From the IMG/VR virus record IMGVR_UViG_3300032327_000792: a stretch of DNA of 64,000 nt; one strand, written 5' to 3'. The translations under genes were made by a program, and so were the position numbers. The number at the start of each line of letters is the position of its first letter. The first letter of the stretch is position 1. Origin of the DNA: a virus. Its lineage: Duplodnaviria > Caudoviricetes. Positions 53,113-62,541 of this stretch are shown piece by piece. The notes under the pieces were generated by a model, which saw nothing but the letters and a program-made list of their open reading frames with translations, had not been told where the DNA came from and did no database searches.

Positions 53113-56100
53113 ATGGCAAATCAAATTATTATCGATATTGGAGCAGTTGCTAACGATGGCACTGGTGATCCCTTACGTACCGCATTTAATTACGTAAACA
53201 ACAACTTCTCAAATGTATGGGCCACAGGTGTTGCCAACTCAAACATACAGTTTGATGGGAATCGAATTTTAACAACCAACACCAATGGAAACTTGGTCCT
53301 GGCGCCCAACGGCATAGGCAAAGTGCAGAGCAATGTGGACATTGTGCCCAATGCCAATAATACTGTAAGTTTGGGCAGTTTGACTCGCCAATGGAACACA
53401 GTTTATGCTCGAAATTTGACAGTTGGTGGTGATACCACATTCAATAATCTAACAGTCAGTGGTAATTTAACAGTTCAAGGCAATACCATACAGATTGGTA
53501 ACATTGTTACAGATACCAAAACCATACAGTTGGCCAACACAGCTGCCACTGCCAATGCTGCCAATGGATCAGGCATCACAGTGGGTGCCAATGACAACAT
53601 TGCCACAATGCTGTATAGCAGTACCAGCAACACTTGGGTCATGAACATTGGCGCCAACATCACAGGCAATGTTACAGCACCATATTTCTTTGGCAATGGT
53701 AGCCAACTCACCGGATTGCCAGTACAATATGGCAATGCCAATGTAGTTACATTGTTGGCTGGGTTTGGGTCAAACACCATTTCAACCACTGGTAATATCA
53801 CAGGTGGATTTATTTTTGGCAACATTAGCCAAGCAAATGGATTCCCAGCAACCTATGGCAACAGTAATGTCACAACTTTGTTGAGTAATTTAGGCAGCAA
53901 CATTATTAGTGGAACAGGCAACATCACAACCACTGGCAATATCACAGGTGGATTTATTTTAGGTAACGTGAGATTTGCCAATGGATTACCGGCAACCTAC
54001 AGCAATGCCAATGCGGTGGCCTATGGTGAATCAGGTTGGGCCGGCAATATTATTCCAAGTGGCAATGCTGTTTACAGTTTGGGCAATAGTACAAATCAAT
54101 GGAATGATTTGTATGTGAGTAACACCACTATTTTCATGAACAATGTACCGCTCAGCTTGACTGCTGGCAACGTGCTCACAGTCAACGGCAATGCTGTGCT
54201 ACAAAACAATTCCAATACCACAATCTCAACCACGGGCAACGTCACTTCGGGCAATCTGATTTCACCCACGCTGAACAACAGTGGCAACATAAGTGTTGTG
54301 GCCAGTGGCAATTCCTGGTTATTTGGCTCAACTGGTAATCTAGTACTACCAAGAGGTGGTGTTGTTTACGAAACCAGCATTCCTTCTGGTGGTCTTGATG
54401 GCAATACTATTGCTCTAAAACCATCAGGCGGTACCAACCCTAATCAACAGTTGTTGATATATCCCACCGGCGGTGCTGATGACAATCATTTGCATTTAAC
54501 CACAGGTAACTTGTACAACACTGAACTGTTCCTGGGTAATGACAATCTCTATGTCAAGCTGGCCAACACCGGCAATGTCGTGATCAACAGCAATGACGAT
54601 ACTGGCAACTCAGCACAGTGGACATTTGGCACCACTGGTACCACAATATTTCCTACACTTACAGTGACACGAGGTGACCGCACAGGCAGCCTCACAGGAC
54701 AGGCCTTAGTATTTGGCGACAGCACACAAGAAGCCTTGATCTCAACTCCTAACGGCACCAATGCCATTGCTGATTCACAACGAATTGTGATCAATCCTGG
54801 AGCAGGTTATGCCAATACCACAGGCGAAGGTGGTGACATCTATCTCTACGCCGGACGCGGTGGTGACGCAGGCGGCACAGGCGGTGACATCAAGATCCGC
54901 GGTGGCCTTGGCCCTATGGATGGTGCCGGTGGCTATTTGGACATCATGGGTGGCGAAGCCGCTGGCAACGGTGTTGGTGGACGCATTGATATCCAAGGTG
55001 GCGAAAGTGGCAACAGCAACGGTGGCGACATAAACATCACTGGCGGCCAAGGTCGCAATGGTGGCGATATAAACATTCTAGGCGGGACGGGCACAGCAGG
55101 ACCAGGTGGCGATCTCACACTGCAAGGTGGTGTCAGCTCCAATGGTCTGGCTGCATATGGTAATGTGGTTGTCAACGCAGGCGCAAGTCAATGGCAATTT
55201 GACAACACAGGTAATCTGAGACTACCCAGCAACACTTTTGCGGTAAACTATGCCAACGGCACAGCAGTCGCATTAGGTGGTAGTTATGGCAATGCCAATG
55301 TGGCCACATTCTTGACCGCATATGGTAGCAATACAATCACAACCACAGGCAACATCACAGGTGGCAATTTGATTAGTTCTACTGGCATTGTTGGCAACAT
55401 AGAGCTCATAATGGGCAACGTTGCCAATGCTTCTGCTACCAGAACACGCATATTAAGTGATGGAGCATTTAGTTATATTCAAACAGGCAATGGAACTGCT
55501 GGCACCACGGGTAACATTGTGTTTTCTCCCTATCAATCACCCACACAACGGGTGGTGATCAATACTGCCAGCGGCAACATTACGGCCACAGGCAACGTCA
55601 CAGCACAAAACTTTACGGGCAACATTTCAATCACAGGCAATGTTCAAGGAACCACGGCCAATGTGACCTTGGTTGCCGGTTCATACTCCACTGTGTTTGA
55701 CAACACTGGTAACTTGACTTTACCTGGCAACACATTTGCTGTAAACTATGCCAACAACACACCAGTAGATGTGGTCACAAGATTTGAGAGTTTCTGGACA
55801 GTGCCTGTGGGCAACAGCACCCAGAGTTTCACTGTGTCTGCCAGCAATACCTACTACATGTGGGTTGATTGCAGTATCCCCAATGGTATCTTGACTTGGA
55901 ACGCTACTGGCACTGTTACTAACACCAACGTACCTGTCGTAGGTGCTCAGTATGCCTGGGTCTACACAGGTGGTGGAACCCCAATTGATTTTACCAGCAT
56001 ACCCGATCAGTTCGTAGGCACTGCCAACACCATAGTTCGTAGCAATGTAGCTCCCAGTGCAACTACCAACAGATTTGACTTTGGTATCAACAACGCCAGC

Positions 56101-56145
56101 GGCAACGCTGTAACTGTTCGTTACGGTTGGATCCAAATCAGTTAA
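53113..56145 (+). CDS. Tail fibre / long virion appendage protein
   Basis: gp9/gp10-like N-terminus (IDIGAVANDGTGDPLRTAF), many GN[IV]T repeats, a Gly-rich GGDI repeat segment, distinct C-terminal tip. Confidence 0.8.
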   Translation: MANQIIIDIGAVANDGTGDPLRTAFNYVNNNFSNVWATGVANSNIQFDGNRILTTNTNGNLVLAPNGIGKVQSNVDIVPNANNTVSLGSLTRQWNTVYARNLTVGGDTTFNNLTVSGNLTVQGNTIQIGNIVTDTKTIQLANTAATANAANGSGITVGANDNIATMLYSSTSNTWVMNIGANITGNVTAPYFFGNGSQLTGLPVQYGNANVVTLLAGFGSNTISTTGNITGGFIFGNISQANGFPATYGNSNVTTLLSNLGSNIISGTGNITTTGNITGGFILGNVRFANGLPATYSNANAVAYGESGWAGNIIPSGNAVYSLGNSTNQWNDLYVSNTTIFMNNVPLSLTAGNVLTVNGNAVLQNNSNTTISTTGNVTSGNLISPTLNNSGNISVVASGNSWLFGSTGNLVLPRGGVVYETSIPSGGLDGNTIALKPSGGTNPNQQLLIYPTGGADDNHLHLTTGNLYNTELFLGNDNLYVKLANTGNVVINSNDDTGNSAQWTFGTTGTTIFPTLTVTRGDRTGSLTGQALVFGDSTQEALISTPNGTNAIADSQRIVINPGAGYANTTGEGGDIYLYAGRGGDAGGTGGDIKIRGGLGPMDGAGGYLDIMGGEAAGNGVGGRIDIQGGESGNSNGGDINITGGQGRNGGDINILGGTGTAGPGGDLTLQGGVSSNGLAAYGNVVVNAGASQWQFDNTGNLRLPSNTFAVNYANGTAVALGGSYGNANVATFLTAYGSNTITTTGNITGGNLISSTGIVGNIELIMGNVANASATRTRILSDGAFSYIQTGNGTAGTTGNIVFSPYQSPTQRVVINTASGNITATGNVTAQNFTGNISITGNVQGTTANVTLVAGSYSTVFDNTGNLTLPGNTFAVNYANNTPVDVVTRFESFWTVPVGNSTQSFTVSASNTYYMWVDCSIPNGILTWNATGTVTNTNVPVVGAQYAWVYTGGGTPIDFTSIPDQFVGTANTIVRSNVAPSATTNRFDFGINNASGNAVTVRYGWIQIS

Positions 56146-56155
56146 TGGATCAACC

Positions 56156-56860
56156 ATGATTATATCGGGTGTAACACTCCGTGGCACAAGAGTATTGGAT
56201 GGTGGCGTCATGCCCACCAACTTGATACTGTATCTTGATGCCAACAATTCCGCCAGTTATTCCGGCTCAGGAACTACCTTGAACGACCTATCAGGCAATG
56301 GCTATACTCATACTCTAAGCAACAGTAATCTTTATACTGTCCTAAGTGGGGTGAAATGTTTTAACTGTAGCGCCATTGGACAGGTTATTACTGCTGTTTC
56401 GACCACTATACAAATACCCACAAATTTTACCTATATTACCTGGACGCGAGTGCGGACAAGCACCACACCTTTTAGAACGCTACTTAGAACATTCGGCAAC
56501 GGCGGTCATCCTATAATCGTCAACGCAGGAACCAATCTACTGGGCATGTGGGATAATCTTCCCGACAACACTGGATTTAACAGTTCAGGTTACGACATGG
56601 CGGCCTATGGCGATGTCTGGGCACAATTTGCCACTGTAGGTGATTTGTCAGGACAAACATTTTACATCAACGGGCAACAGGTTGGATCCGGTGTGGCAAA
56701 GTCAGTGGCAGAACGATATCACTTTGCCTGGGGCAATATCCAGTCGGCCAATGATCAACCTTGGGGCTATGTGGCCAACTTGGAATTGTACAATATCAAA
56801 CTTTCCCCTGAACAGCTACAACAAAACTACTACGGATTAAAGGGAGTGTTCGGCTTGTAA
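56156..56860 (+). CDS. Concanavalin A/LamG-like lectin domain protein (tail-fibre partner)
   Basis: LILYLDA...SYSGSGTT..DLSGNG...FYINGQ...LYN..LS...LQQNY. Confidence 0.8.
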   Translation: MIISGVTLRGTRVLDGGVMPTNLILYLDANNSASYSGSGTTLNDLSGNGYTHTLSNSNLYTVLSGVKCFNCSAIGQVITAVSTTIQIPTNFTYITWTRVRTSTTPFRTLLRTFGNGGHPIIVNAGTNLLGMWDNLPDNTGFNSSGYDMAAYGDVWAQFATVGDLSGQTFYINGQQVGSGVAKSVAERYHFAWGNIQSANDQPWGYVANLELYNIKLSPEQLQQNYYGLKGVFGL

Positions 56861-57190
56861 TTCTGAAACGTGCTTACACGCACCGCGGAACTTCCAACCG
56901 GCACACGAACAAGCCCACTCACTGTTGTTCTCACTCACTGTATAACTGTCACCTCGACTGCCTGCCACAGTCCAAGTTCGACCTTCGGGCTTGTCATCCA
57001 CAGAGTAGCCCCATGTATTGGGAACTTCCCGAAACTTACGACCCGAAGTTTTGAACTTCATTGGTACTCGGAACCGTTCGACCTCTCCACCACTGGCCTT
57101 GACGTAAGCATAGATCTTGTCCTTTGAATCGTTGGCAAAGTAGGTATGGTTGGGTGTGTCCCAGTCGGTGATCTCTTGTAGTATCTTCAC
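56837..57190 (-). CDS. SWIM zinc-finger protein
   Basis: CSCAGWKFRGACKH. Confidence 0.8.
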   Translation of the reverse strand: MKILQEITDWDTPNHTYFANDSKDKIYAYVKASGGEVERFRVPMKFKTSGRKFREVPNTWGYSVDDKPEGRTWTVAGSRGDSYTVSENNSEWACSCAGWKFRGACKHVSELQAEHSL

Positions 57191-57194
57191 GGTG

Positions 57195-57635
57195 TTAGGC
57201 TTCCTGACGCAACGATGCTACAACCAAAGCCGGACTCAACGGTTCAAACGCATCACCCTGAGAGTACAACCATGTGCCCCGATCATACAGGTAATAGAAC
57301 TGTTCGCCTGATTCAAACTCGTCCACAAACTGTTGCTCCGTTTGAAAAGTTCTAAAGCCTGCATCAGATTCTCCACGATCACGAGCATAAAAGGTACACT
57401 GTTCAGCAATGCCATTGTCCAAGTAGTTGGATCTATGAGAGAACTTGACTTTTTCACCGATGGCAGCACCCAAACAGCTCATATCGCCCATGGCAATCAG
57501 TTTATTGACTTTGACGGAGTTGGGATAATACAACAACAATGTACGTCCAACATACTCGGGATAACCATCATAATGGCAGTACACTGCCTTGATAATGTCA
57601 CCGTGTTTGATACCAATGGCTGATCTTGTGCTCAT
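57195..57635 (-). CDS. Phage hypothetical early protein
   Basis: MSTRSAIG...YCHYDGYP...E.FYYLY motif. Confidence 0.7.
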   Translation of the reverse strand: MSTRSAIGIKHGDIIKAVYCHYDGYPEYVGRTLLLYYPNSVKVNKLIAMGDMSCLGAAIGEKVKFSHRSNYLDNGIAEQCTFYARDRGESDAGFRTFQTEQQFVDEFESGEQFYYLYDRGTWLYSQGDAFEPLSPALVVASLRQEA

Positions 57636-57805
57636 TATGCTAGTTCCCAGTTGTAGATTCTGCGTTCAATTTCAGCTTCGTAAAGGTCCAACATTGTTTG
57701 GTAGTTGATACCTCTTGGCTCGAAGCCGGAGTAATATTCAATCTTGTCAAGAACCTCTTTGGTAGACAATGATTTTAGACTGTTCTTGAATTCAGTTGTG
57801 GTCAT
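57635..57805 (-). CDS. Small hypothetical protein (56 aa, MTTTEFKNSLKSL...)
   Basis: Manual translation with an AAGGAG RBS; TAATG overlap. Confidence 0.6.
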   Translation of the reverse strand: MTTTEFKNSLKSLSTKEVLDKIEYYSGFEPRGINYQTMLDLYEAEIERRIYNWELA

Positions 57806-57814
57806 ACTTGCTCC

Positions 57815-58081
57815 TTATCTGCTCAAGTTAATTACACGACCTTGAAACTCATTGAAACTGACTTTCCAAGGCACAAATATTTCAATACCCTTACGACCTT
57901 GGTCTGTGGCATCTGACCATGAATCACGAGTAACACGGATCTTATATGCTTGGTAACCTTGGGTAGTGTCACCACAATCCAATACTTCACCTTCAACAAA
58001 ACAGTCCTCACGACCCAGCATTGGTTTGAAATCATATGCACGAATTGTATCACCTTGAACGATTGTAAAATTCATTTCCAA
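57815..58081 (-). CDS. Hypothetical early protein
   Basis: GDTIRAYDFKPM...FVEG.V; first gene after a promoter. Confidence 0.65.
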   Translation of the reverse strand: MEMNFTIVQGDTIRAYDFKPMLGREDCFVEGEVLDCGDTTQGYQAYKIRVTRDSWSDATDQGRKGIEIFVPWKVSFNEFQGRVINLSR

Positions 58082-58105
58082 CTCCTTATTGTTTACTATG
58101 TTAAT

Positions 58106-58134
58106 AGTATAACAAATTGGCTATTTCTGGTCAA
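58106..58134 (-). promoter_or_regulatory. Sigma70-type promoter
   Basis: TTGACC-17-TATACT. Confidence 0.75.
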
Positions 58135-58171
58135 CCAAAACACAGCATTTTGGTCTGTTTTTTAGGTGCTG

Positions 58172-58222
58172 TAAGTCATTGATTTTGTTACAAAAAAAAT
58201 ATCCTTACAAATCAATGACTTA
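58172..58222. repeat. 14-bp inverted repeat TAAGTCATTGATTT-N23-AAATCAATGACTTA
   Basis: Read directly from the sequence. Confidence 0.85.
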
Positions 58223-58318
58223 GCGATTGCTGACTTTGTTCCTGGATTTAGGACTTACAGTATTGGTTACCGGCCCAAGTCAACACCAGGTTTGGAAATT
58301 CACTATGACGCGAATACT

Positions 58319-58480
58319 TTACATTAGTTCTGTTCTGTTGTACAGTTCGTCTTCCAACAATGTGAACATGATTTCATCACGCACACCCTTGGACTGTAAT
58401 GTACGGTATTGATCGTATTCGGTTTGAACTTCGGATTCTGACATCTGTTGGATGCGGATTCTCAGTTGTTCTATCTTCAT
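58319..58480 (-). CDS. Small hypothetical protein (53 aa, MKIEQLRIRIQQMSE...)
   Basis: Manual translation; TAATG overlap. Confidence 0.55.
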   Translation of the reverse strand: MKIEQLRIRIQQMSESEVQTEYDQYRTLQSKGVRDEIMFTLLEDELYNRTELM

Positions 58481-58602
58481 TATAAAGCCTCATATAAGTG
58501 AGCAAATTGATCGGGTGTGACATAGTCTTTGACATAGATATAAATGTCTGCCAACGAATAACCGCCACGTTTCATTCTAACAATTTCTGCGTTGACATCC
58601 AT
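58480..58602 (-). CDS. Small hypothetical protein (40 aa, MDVNAEIVRMKRGGYSLADIY...)
   Basis: Manual translation; TAATG overlaps on both ends. Confidence 0.55.
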   Translation of the reverse strand: MDVNAEIVRMKRGGYSLADIYIYVKDYVTPDQFAHLYEAL

Positions 58603-59057
58603 TATGCTACCTCTGCTGTTTTACGACTACGACGCTTCTTTGGCTGAGCACGCACCAATAATTCCAAAGCACGGGCTGGAGAAATTTCTTTCACTGTCAG
58701 TGCCACACGAGCATTGGCTTCTGCAATTGACAGTTTCTTTTCAACTGTGACTTTCTTGCCCTGAAGTTCCATGGCAAAACGAGTCGGAACACGTACAATT
58801 ACCTCACGTTTTGGTTTAGAAATTTTACCAGCCACTGCTGTCAACAATTCCAAAATATCAGTACGTCCATTGGCAAAATTACGTGATAGTAATTCTTGAG
58901 CGGCTGCTTCTTTGGTTTCAACATTGACATTGACCATTTCAACATCTGTGTCGCCTAGTTTGCCCAACTGCTGGAAACGAGCCGGACTTGTTGCAGTACG
59001 GAACTTTAGTTCACCTGCTACACGACTAACACCTGCAAAATAAATTGCTTTACTCAT
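58602..59057 (-). CDS. Hypothetical basic protein (paralog of 42415..42726)
   Basis: 151 aa; first gene after a promoter. Confidence 0.7.
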   Translation of the reverse strand: MSKAIYFAGVSRVAGELKFRTATSPARFQQLGKLGDTDVEMVNVNVETKEAAAQELLSRNFANGRTDILELLTAVAGKISKPKREVIVRVPTRFAMELQGKKVTVEKKLSIAEANARVALTVKEISPARALELLVRAQPKKRRSRKTAEVA

Positions 59058-59085
59058 TTTTGCTCCTTTTGTTAACTATAAAACT

Positions 59086-59114
59086 AGTATAGCAAAAGGC
59101 AGTTTTCTGGTCAA
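59086..59114 (-). promoter_or_regulatory. Sigma70-type promoter
   Basis: TTGACC-17-TATACT. Confidence 0.75.
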
Positions 59115-59149
59115 CCGTTTGAGTAGATTTTGGTGTTTTTTATGGTGTT

Positions 59150-59201
59150 GTAAGTCATTGATTCTAAAGAAAAAAAATCTTCAACTAAATCAATGACTTA
59201 C
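59150..59201. repeat. 14-bp inverted repeat GTAAGTCATTGATT-N24-AATCAATGACTTAC
   Basis: Read directly from the sequence. Confidence 0.85.
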
Positions 59202-59623
59202 GTCAACAACCAGCCTTGCCCACTGTGCTGGTGTAACCAATGGTAAAAAGGACGGTCAAATGTCAGTGTCCACTTACCATTGAACCCTAAATAATTGGTA
59301 GGGTTGTTGTTGTTATGATCGTTTTGATAATCAGCTAGATAATCATATTTAGGAGTTAACTCAATATTATCTACGGATAATTGCTTGATAATTACCGCAG
59401 TTTCATATTCAGTGGTATAATGTTTATTACGCAATTCAATATTAACGGCAAATAAATCAAGTAAATCAACGTGATAATCCAATATAATCGTATTGGATAA
59501 CACAGGATAATGATCTACAACGTCATTAACAGATACTCTAATATCTGGAGTACCCACAGGTTCTAACTCAATATGCAAATGCAACCGAGAATCAATAGCC
59601 TGCAGATCGGAATAAGTCTTCAT
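59198..59623 (-). CDS. Hypothetical protein (paralog of 17691..18134)
   Basis: 141 aa; LGFNGKWTLTFDRPFYHWL C-terminus. Confidence 0.65.
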   Translation of the reverse strand: MKTYSDLQAIDSRLHLHIELEPVGTPDIRVSVNDVVDHYPVLSNTIILDYHVDLLDLFAVNIELRNKHYTTEYETAVIIKQLSVDNIELTPKYDYLADYQNDHNNNNPTNYLGFNGKWTLTFDRPFYHWLHQHSGQGWLLT

Positions 59624-60893
59624 ATTGGGGTAGGTAAGTTAAAATACTATTGCCACGACTGGCTTCTAGCTGTTTAAGATAAGTCACAAGATCCGGTAAT
59701 CTTGAGCTTTCATCTTCTACAGATTCAAGATAATTCAAATAGCTCGTTGCATCTTGTACAATCTGTTGTTGGAATCGATTTGGGTCTCGAGTGTTGACAA
59801 TTTGATCACTATCAGCAACCGGGTGAGCAACAATCCAAGATCTTAAAGTTTCTGTTGCAGACTCACGTTGATGTTTGGGCAATACACTGATTCGAAAAAA
59901 TGCAGGGTTATCAATAAAATTGCAACTTTCCACTGCCGTGCCGTGTTGCCAGGCATAGTCATACACTGTGGTCAACTCATGCACAGTCAAACAGGTAGGA
60001 GTAATTCTGATCTGAATTAACCATCCTTGTTTGTGTCCCAATGCTACCCATCGGTCTAACAATTCTCGAGTACGGGCTTGTTTGCCAGGATATCTTACAT
60101 AGTCGTTGACAGCAGTTAGCGTTTCTACGCTCATGCCTAAATTTACCTGTTGAAATTGTGTCAGTAATTCAACCACTGAATCAGACCACACAGTGAGATT
60201 TGTAGTAAAACCAATGCTTATGTTTTTTGCTAGGCCACTATCAACCAAGGCTGACAATATTTTTTTAAAGCCAGGAGTAATTACAGTTTCGCCGCCAAGG
60301 AAATGTAGGTATTGTAAATCGGGACTTTGCGTCAGATCGCGAATGAATTGATCCAGTAATTCTGGGTCGTCGCACCAAGCGGCTGGCGGTATCTGGTCAA
60401 TTAGACCTATACGTTTAAATTCTGTAGCCAGGCTGCTTGAACTTTCTGGACCGCAAAATACACAAGCACCATTACAATAGTTACCTAAGTCTATCTGCCA
60501 ATCAACTACACTTCGAGTAGTACGGCCTTGATTGTTGTTACTGTAATCAAACGCACTCCGCAATGGTGAACCAGCTAGACTTTTTTCAAAATATTTGTCT
60601 TGTACACCAACTTTAAGTAATTGACGTTGTCGACCACTGGGTTTACCGTGTTGTTCCATGCCATGACAATCACTGCAAATTGCAGGTGCTTTGCCTTGCA
60701 ACAAATCTGTTCTGAACTCAGACATCCCCTGTTGAAAATATGTCAATGGTGACATAGTTTTTATATTACGGGTCAAATTAACTCGTGCAGTTCCATTGTG
60801 TGTCATCCACCTACAAGGTTCGTAGGTACCCGAATTAGTGATTCGCATACTTAACCACGGGCTAGAACAAAATGTTTTTTTAAAACTCATCAA
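59592..60893 (-). CDS. Radical SAM protein (N-terminal twitch/SPASM-like Cys cluster)
   Basis: FCSSPW...PC...CSDC; CNGACVFC; LGGET; FTTN. Confidence 0.85.
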   Translation of the reverse strand: MMSFKKTFCSSPWLSMRITNSGTYEPCRWMTHNGTARVNLTRNIKTMSPLTYFQQGMSEFRTDLLQGKAPAICSDCHGMEQHGKPSGRQRQLLKVGVQDKYFEKSLAGSPLRSAFDYSNNNQGRTTRSVVDWQIDLGNYCNGACVFCGPESSSSLATEFKRIGLIDQIPPAAWCDDPELLDQFIRDLTQSPDLQYLHFLGGETVITPGFKKILSALVDSGLAKNISIGFTTNLTVWSDSVVELLTQFQQVNLGMSVETLTAVNDYVRYPGKQARTRELLDRWVALGHKQGWLIQIRITPTCLTVHELTTVYDYAWQHGTAVESCNFIDNPAFFRISVLPKHQRESATETLRSWIVAHPVADSDQIVNTRDPNRFQQQIVQDATSYLNYLESVEDESSRLPDLVTYLKQLEASRGNSILTYLPQYEDLFRSAGY

Positions 60894-61483
60894 TCACGCT
60901 TAGATATAATTCGATCAGCCAGACCATATGCTACAGCTTCTTCTGCACTCATAAAGTTATCACGTTCCATATCTGCAGTGAGTTGTTCAAACGTCTTACC
61001 GGCAGTATTGTGTGTAACATAGATTTCTGTTAGGTATTTTTTCATTTTTAAAATTTCTTGTGCTTGAATCTGAATATCTGTTGCCTGTCCACGGGCGCCA
61101 CCACTGGGTTGATGAATCATGTGACGAGCATTGGGCAAAATTAATCGTTTGCCAGCGGCCCCGGCTTGTGCCAAACAACTGCCCATACTACATGCTTGAC
61201 CCATGACCACAGTTGATATACTGGGTTTGATAAAGTTCATAGTATCGTAAATGGCCATTCCGGCTGTGACCGAGCCGCCAGGAGAGTTGATGTAAAACAA
61301 AATATCACGATCCGGATCTTCCGATTCTAAAAACAACATCTGAGCAACAATCAAGCTGGCAGTGTGTTCGTTGACATCTGTATCCAACATCACAATACGG
61401 TCTTTTAACAGTCTTGAATAGATATCGTAGCTACGTTCACCTTTGCTTGTTTGTTCTACCACAATGGGCACTAGATTTGGCAT
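60890..61483 (-). CDS. clpP: ATP-dependent Clp protease proteolytic subunit ClpP
   Basis: [29 protein letters not shown] (Ser), MIHQP (His), [14 protein letters not shown]. Confidence 0.97.
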   Translation of the reverse strand: MPNLVPIVVEQTSKGERSYDIYSRLLKDRIVMLDTDVNEHTASLIVAQMLFLESEDPDRDILFYINSPGGSVTAGMAIYDTMNFIKPSISTVVMGQACSMGSCLAQAGAAGKRLILPNARHMIHQPSGGARGQATDIQIQAQEILKMKKYLTEIYVTHNTAGKTFEQLTADMERDNFMSAEEAVAYGLADRIISKRD

Positions 61484-61640
61484 TTGATTCCTTTTTCAAT
61501 AATAAGTTTTTGTTGTTGTACATATTCAGCAAAGTGTTTTTATTATACAATATCTTGTCTTTTAATGCAACAAATTTGGCTTGCCAATATTTAGAATCTT
61601 GGGGCACCATCTGTTGTTGAAGATTTTTATGATCATACAA
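61437..61640 (-). CDS. Small hypothetical protein
   Basis: 67-aa ORF bridging the GT-like gene and clpP; overlaps the clpP start. Confidence 0.35.
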   Translation of the reverse strand: MYDHKNLQQQMVPQDSKYWQAKFVALKDKILYNKNTLLNMYNNKNLLLKKESNAKSSAHCGRTNKQR

Positions 61641-62541
61641 CTGCCCGAGGCATGTCTTTGGGCATGGTAAACTTGTGATACTTTGTTAAATGTGTTCGAT
61701 TGTGTTCGGCAATTTCTGCAGCCAGTTCTACGTTGTATCCATTGCCAATAATACAATCCATTACTTGTCGTATGCCGTTCCAACGATCCAGACCTTGATA
61801 TTTATCGTAGCTTTCGTCCCAACATTCACTGTAGGTTCTAAATCCCAGATTGCGTAGATTGTTTAAAAAATTCAACGGTCCAAATACAACAAATGGCCTC
61901 CTTCCAGTCACAGGTCTAAATGTTTTTTCTGTTGGGAAAAATGTAGTACCAGCACACATTGTTTCTGCCACTATTTCAATTTGAAATCGATGATAAAATT
62001 TTAACAAGCTCAAATTTGTGTCTACTGAATTCTGATATTGATCGTCAATAGACATGTTGTCAATGGATGATATGGCCTGCACCGCCGGGTCCCAAGGAGA
62101 AACAGCACAGTCCTCTTTCATCATACTCATGACCACGTGTGCGTAATAGTTAGTTGCAATGTCTACTGCCATCCGATTTCGATCAGGTGTATGCCGCCCA
62201 ACAAAAAATCCAAATTTGACAGCATCACAATCAATTGGCGGAACTTCGGTGTAATAGTGTCCGCTCAGTTGTAAAAAATGGTTATCGGAATAATTTATAT
62301 TTTGATACTGTGTTTTTTCATAAACGTTGGGACTGTTTATGATCACACGATCTGCAGGATGTTGATTGGCACTGACCCACTGATTAATAAAATTTAAAAT
62401 TCCACTGTGTTCAAGACTGATTCCTTCAGCACCGGTGTCAAAACATACCCAATCTGTTGATTGAGTGTTTTTCAGCTGTTCCTCCACCTGTGTTCGGTTT
62501 ATCCATGTGTCACCACTGGCTCTAACTGTTATGGTTTTCAT
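61633..62541 (-). CDS. Glycosyltransferase-like hypothetical protein
   Basis: C-terminal IEIVAET...FPTEKTFRP...PFVVFG...LRNLGF resembles the GT10-like/fucosyltransferase C-domain. Confidence 0.55.
   Translation of the reverse strand: MKTITVRASGDTWINRTQVEEQLKNTQSTDWVCFDTGAEGISLEHSGILNFINQWVSANQHPADRVIINSPNVYEKTQYQNINYSDNHFLQLSGHYYTEVPPIDCDAVKFGFFVGRHTPDRNRMAVDIATNYYAHVVMSMMKEDCAVSPWDPAVQAISSIDNMSIDDQYQNSVDTNLSLLKFYHRFQIEIVAETMCAGTTFFPTEKTFRPVTGRRPFVVFGPLNFLNNLRNLGFRTYSECWDESYDKYQGLDRWNGIRQVMDCIIGNGYNVELAAEIAEHNRTHLTKYHKFTMPKDMPRAVV

Noticed and set aside
53113-56860. Diversity-generating retroelement acting on the fibre or lectin tip
   Set aside because: No reverse transcriptase and no template/variable repeat pair with adenine-specific differences was seen in the window.
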